Shown: in pieces, positions 63,238 through 64,000 of the stretch | How positions within the stretch are numbered: position 1 is the stretch's first letter | Layout of the letters: every line of letters starts with the position of its first letter | From: Octopus sinensis | Lineage: Eukaryota | Assembly (NCBI RefSeq): GCF_006345805.1 | Contig: NC_043017.1 | Location: 18,228,001-18,292,000 of the forward strand | Reading direction: 5' to 3' | Length of the DNA: 64,000 nucleotides | Translations under genes and position numbers: made by a program | Notes under the pieces: generated by a model | What the model was told of the DNA's origin: nothing | Databases searched by the model: none | What the model saw: the letters and a program-made list of their open reading frames with translations, nothing else

Positions 63238-64000
63238 TATATATATAAATATAAGGGTAGCAAAAAATTCTAGAAAAAAATTCTCCGCTACCAGCGGTCT
63301 AGTGAGAAAGAGAAGATAGTCAAAGACTATATAATATACATTCAACAATATAAGGAATGGCCCTAATAGGCCATGAAACTATGCATAGTCCAGAGATGAA
63401 AAGGGTAAATGTTTTTATTTCTCTTTCAATTTCAGAATTACAACTATTTAGCGGTTTGAGTTTGGCTGCTCTTTCTAGTGAGTCGAATGGCCTATTAGGG
63501 CCATTCCTTATATTGTTGAATATATATATATATATCATCATCATCATTGTTTAACGTCCGTTTTCCATGCTAGCACGGGTGCGACGGTTCAACATCTATA
63601 GGAATGTTTCTTTTCCATCCCCTCAATGGAATGCATTAAAAACTATTGGTATTCATCAACAAATAATCTTCTAGTTCTTCATTTTCACAGACAAGTGGAA
63701 TAAAATTTGTCATTACTTGAAAAACATAGGCAAGAGTTCATGATAGAAATGGCATTTGGTAGTAAAACAATGTTTTGCATGTAGTCATCACACCCAGGGT
63801 TACATGGAAAAACTTCCTCCTTCAAACACCAAACCACCCTAGTTCTAGACAAACCCCTTCAATTCTCCTGATGGCCCCATTTAAATACCAGATCACCCTG
63901 GTTCTAGATAAGCTCCCTTGTTTTTCCAGACAGCCCCCTTCAAACACCAAGCCATCCTGGTTCCACAAAAACCAATCAACTCACCTGATTCTTCAAACTT
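25265..64000 (-). CDS. ODF2: ODF2/cenexin (outer dense fiber protein 2) orthologue, coiled-coil centriolar-appendage protein; 17 coding exons visible, 5' end beyond the window; 698 aa visible
   Basis: Sixteen GT-AG introns, all phase-consistent. Peptides [72 protein letters not shown] and [37 protein letters not shown] match recalled human ODF2 ([109 protein letters not shown]). Confidence 0.92.
25632..26137. repeat. (TA)n/(TATG)n compound microsatellite in the last ODF2 intron
   Basis: Directly visible, with recurring tatacgtatg units. Confidence 0.95.
26491..26583 (-). CDS. ODF2: ODF2 exon (93 nt)
   Basis: tattacag|GAA...GAG|gtaaga; [31 protein letters not shown]. Confidence 0.92.
27027..27140 (-). 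CDS. ODF2: ODF2 exon (114 nt)
   Basis: gattgcag|GTA...AAG|gtcagt; [38 protein letters not shown]. Confidence 0.92.
28711..29092 (+). mobile_element. non-autonomous Helitron, second family sharing the same 3' end
   Basis: A|TCTCTCTCTATATAAA ... cctgagcaacgccgggcgatactgCTAG|T. Confidence 0.75.
30053..30134 (-). CDS. ODF2: ODF2 exon (82 nt)
   Basis: ttgtacag|G...AAT|gtaagt; [27 protein letters not shown]. Confidence 0.9.
32109..32519 (+). mobile_element. tRNA-derived SINE family A, full length; other copies 1979-2373(-), 37452-37840(-), 43180-43576(+), 43609-43850(-), plus many partials
   Basis: Head ggtgcaggagtggctgtgtggtaag...ggttcagtccc (A/B-box-like), internal (TA)n, tail ...cagtcaaatgactgaaacaa.taaaagag. 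Confidence 0.85.
33404..33504 (-). CDS. ODF2: ODF2 exon (101 nt)
   Basis: ttccgcag|CTG...CG|gtcagt; [33 protein letters not shown]. Confidence 0.9.
34975..35133 (-). CDS. ODF2: ODF2 exon (159 nt)
   Basis: ttttcag|GTG...AAG|gtaagc; [53 protein letters not shown]. Confidence 0.92.
35493..35825. mobile_element. fold-back insertion: about 105-bp inverted arms around a captured ODF2 exon/intron fragment
   Basis: Arms 35493-35596 and 35718-35825 differ by 2 substitutions and a 4-nt indel; centre 35596-35691 copies 33328-33426. Confidence 0.85.
36049..36418. repeat. 45-bp minisatellite, 7 full units plus 2 partial, with 135-bp higher-order structure
   Basis: Unit acctgaaattattaaactcaagtacctctagagataaacctaggt; units 1/4, 2/5 and 3/6 share variants. 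Confidence 0.95.
36443..36547 (-). CDS. ODF2: ODF2 exon (105 nt)
   Basis: ctctaag|ATG...AAG|gtttgt; [35 protein letters not shown]. Confidence 0.85.
36860..37200 (-). mobile_element. decayed CR1/L2-like LINE RT fragment
   Basis: [16 protein letters not shown]...SFADN resembles the GVPQGSVLGP...FADD RT motifs. Confidence 0.55.
38281..38556 (+). mobile_element. Penelope-like element terminal fragment with hammerhead-like motif
   Basis: ..atgaagagc-tcc-gctcgaaacgtt motif typical of PLE repeats, ending in a (TA)n tract. Confidence 0.55.
39146..39256 (-). CDS. ODF2: ODF2 exon (111 nt)
   Basis: gttccag|TCT...AGG|gtgagt; [37 protein letters not shown]. Confidence 0.9.
40034..40166 (-). CDS. ODF2: ODF2 exon (133 nt)
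   Basis: ctcacag|A...ATG|gtaaac; [16 protein letters not shown]...CQENEKLM. Confidence 0.9.
42268..42437. repeat. 18-bp minisatellite (cacagatgccagtcata[a/g]) x9.4
   Basis: Directly visible. Confidence 0.97.
42532..42711 (-). CDS. ODF2: ODF2 exon (180 nt)
   Basis: tctttcag|G...CA|gtaagt; [26 protein letters not shown]...AECSKLK. Confidence 0.9.
43851..44610 (+). mobile_element. RTE-clade LINE reverse transcriptase fragment, degenerate
   Basis: [44 protein letters not shown] and LLYADDLAL motifs, with frameshifts and deletions. Confidence 0.9.
47767..47882 (-). CDS. ODF2: ODF2 exon (116 nt)
   Basis: tttgtcag|ACC...CG|gtcagt; [38 protein letters not shown]. Confidence 0.9.
47956..48327 (+). 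mobile_element. tRNA-derived SINE family C, full length; partial copies about 27180-27425(-) and 35180-35365(+)
   Basis: A box tggcccagtggttag, B box ggtttcgattccc; 11-bp TSD tttacacttac at 47945-47955 and 48328-48338. Confidence 0.85.
49688..50654 (+). mobile_element. RTE-clade LINE 3' part (end of ORF, 3'UTR, (GAT)n tail), interrupted by a SINE
   Basis: [37 protein letters not shown] and WYGHV motifs; ends in ccaacccatgccagcatggaaagcagacattaaatgatgatg. Confidence 0.88.
50079..50232 (+). mobile_element. 5'-truncated CORE-type SINE nested in the RTE
   Basis: 10-bp TSD gtcatgtgat at 50069-50078 and 50233-50242; CORE-like gcctttcatcctttt..ggtcgataaa..aagtaccag. Confidence 0.85.
51282..51398 (-). 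CDS. ODF2: ODF2 exon (117 nt)
   Basis: gttccag|GAA...CAG|gtaaac; [39 protein letters not shown]. Confidence 0.92.
51471..51690. mobile_element. piggyBac-like MITE
   Basis: TTAA on both sides; 12-bp TIR ccctttcgttac. Confidence 0.85.
52881..53179. mobile_element. piggyBac-like MITE, third family
   Basis: TTAA flanks; TIR ccccttaccc. Confidence 0.75.
53251..53322 (-). CDS. ODF2: ODF2 exon (72 nt)
   Basis: tcttacag|AAG...AAG|gttact; [24 protein letters not shown] fills the 24-aa gap in the recalled ODF2 alignment. Confidence 0.8.
53568..53956. repeat. (TA)n/(TATG)n/(TG)n compound microsatellite
   Basis: Directly visible. Confidence 0.95.
53957..54110 (+). mobile_element. Penelope-like element terminal fragment with hammerhead-like motif
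   Basis: ctgtggaagatc-gtaa-ggtcgaaacgtt motif, shares the downstream ttcctgag.gt...aatac with 38281-38556, ends in (TA)n. Confidence 0.55.
54626..54841 (-). CDS. ODF2: ODF2 exon (216 nt)
   Basis: ttttcag|GAA...GAG|gtcaat; EIKPTP...[28 protein letters not shown]...EKEKE. Confidence 0.92.
55548..55561 (-). promoter_or_regulatory. RFX X-box consensus match (GTCACC-AT-AGCAAC) in an ODF2 intron
   Basis: Exact match to GTNRCC-N(0-3)-RGYAAC in a repeat-free, locally CpG-richer stretch of a ciliary gene; function inferred only. Confidence 0.45.
56546..56767. mobile_element. piggyBac-like MITE, same family as 51471-51690
   Basis: TTAA flanks, same TIR (one mismatch) and homologous interior. Confidence 0.85.
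58120..58249 (-). CDS. ODF2: ODF2 exon (130 nt)
   Basis: ttttcag|A...GAG|gtcatt; [43 protein letters not shown]. Confidence 0.9.
59663..59892 (-). mobile_element. CORE-type SINE family B, full length; other copies 9045-9265(+), 30716-30944(-), 42792-43021(+), plus many partials
   Basis: ggcggcgagctggcagaaacgttagc head, CORE-like centre; 9-bp TSD tactaccac at 59654-59662 and 59893-59901. Confidence 0.85.
59920..60107 (-). CDS. ODF2: ODF2 exon (188 nt)
   Basis: gtctag|GTG...AA|gtaagt; [27 protein letters not shown]...[19 protein letters not shown]. Confidence 0.9.
60585..61771. repeat. (GATA)n satellite with three embedded copies of a 117-118-bp unique block
   Basis: Blocks at 60644-60760, 61071-61188 and 61432-61548 differ only in poly-A length. 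Confidence 0.95.
63340..63521. mobile_element. MITE with 35-bp perfect TIR in a TA-rich context
   Basis: attcaacaatataaggaatggccctaataggccat at 63340-63374 and its reverse complement at 63487-63521. Confidence 0.8.
63820..63966. repeat. degenerate 59-bp tandem repeat, about 2.5 units
   Basis: cttcaaacaccaa...ccct[a/g]gttc recurs at 63820 and 63938 (2 x 59), with a diverged middle unit. Confidence 0.6.
63985..64000 (-). CDS. ODF2: ODF2 exon, 3' end only (truncated by window edge)
   Basis: CAG|gtgagt, phase 0; SLKNQ joined to VDLQK resembles recalled human CLKSE-VKMQK. Confidence 0.65.

Overview
This is AT-rich, repeat-dense eukaryotic DNA. The SINE, RTE and microsatellite landscape suggests a cephalopod, probably Octopus (inference from repeat style, not verified). 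I reconstructed two intron-rich genes by hand from GT-AG boundaries and phase continuity; they are convergent (tail-to-tail). (1) On the + strand, about 732/1039-24476, is a p67phox/NOXA1-like NADPH-oxidase activator with TPRs, an activation domain, a Pro-rich segment and one C-terminal SH3. No PB1 exon was found, the Rac-contact positions are altered, and a 10.4-kb intron made almost entirely of (TATG/TATA/TCTA)n splits the SH3. (2) On the - strand, 64000-25265, are 17 coding exons of an ODF2/cenexin orthologue (698 aa visible; the 5' end lies beyond the window). The stop codons are 788 bp apart and the poly(A) signals predict overlapping 3'UTRs. The introns hold three tRNA-derived SINE families, RTE and CR1/L2-like LINE fragments, two non-autonomous Helitrons, TTAA piggyBac-like MITEs, Penelope-like fragments with hammerhead-like motifs, and mini- and microsatellites. 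The most unusual items are the divergent NOX activator, a fold-back insertion holding a copy of an ODF2 exon end, further local templated copies at 33-39 kb, an in-frame 45-bp higher-order minisatellite and a candidate RFX X-box internal promoter. All human-protein comparisons are from memory and need confirmation by alignment. The long ORFs at 14-26 kb and 60-62 kb are simple-repeat artefacts.
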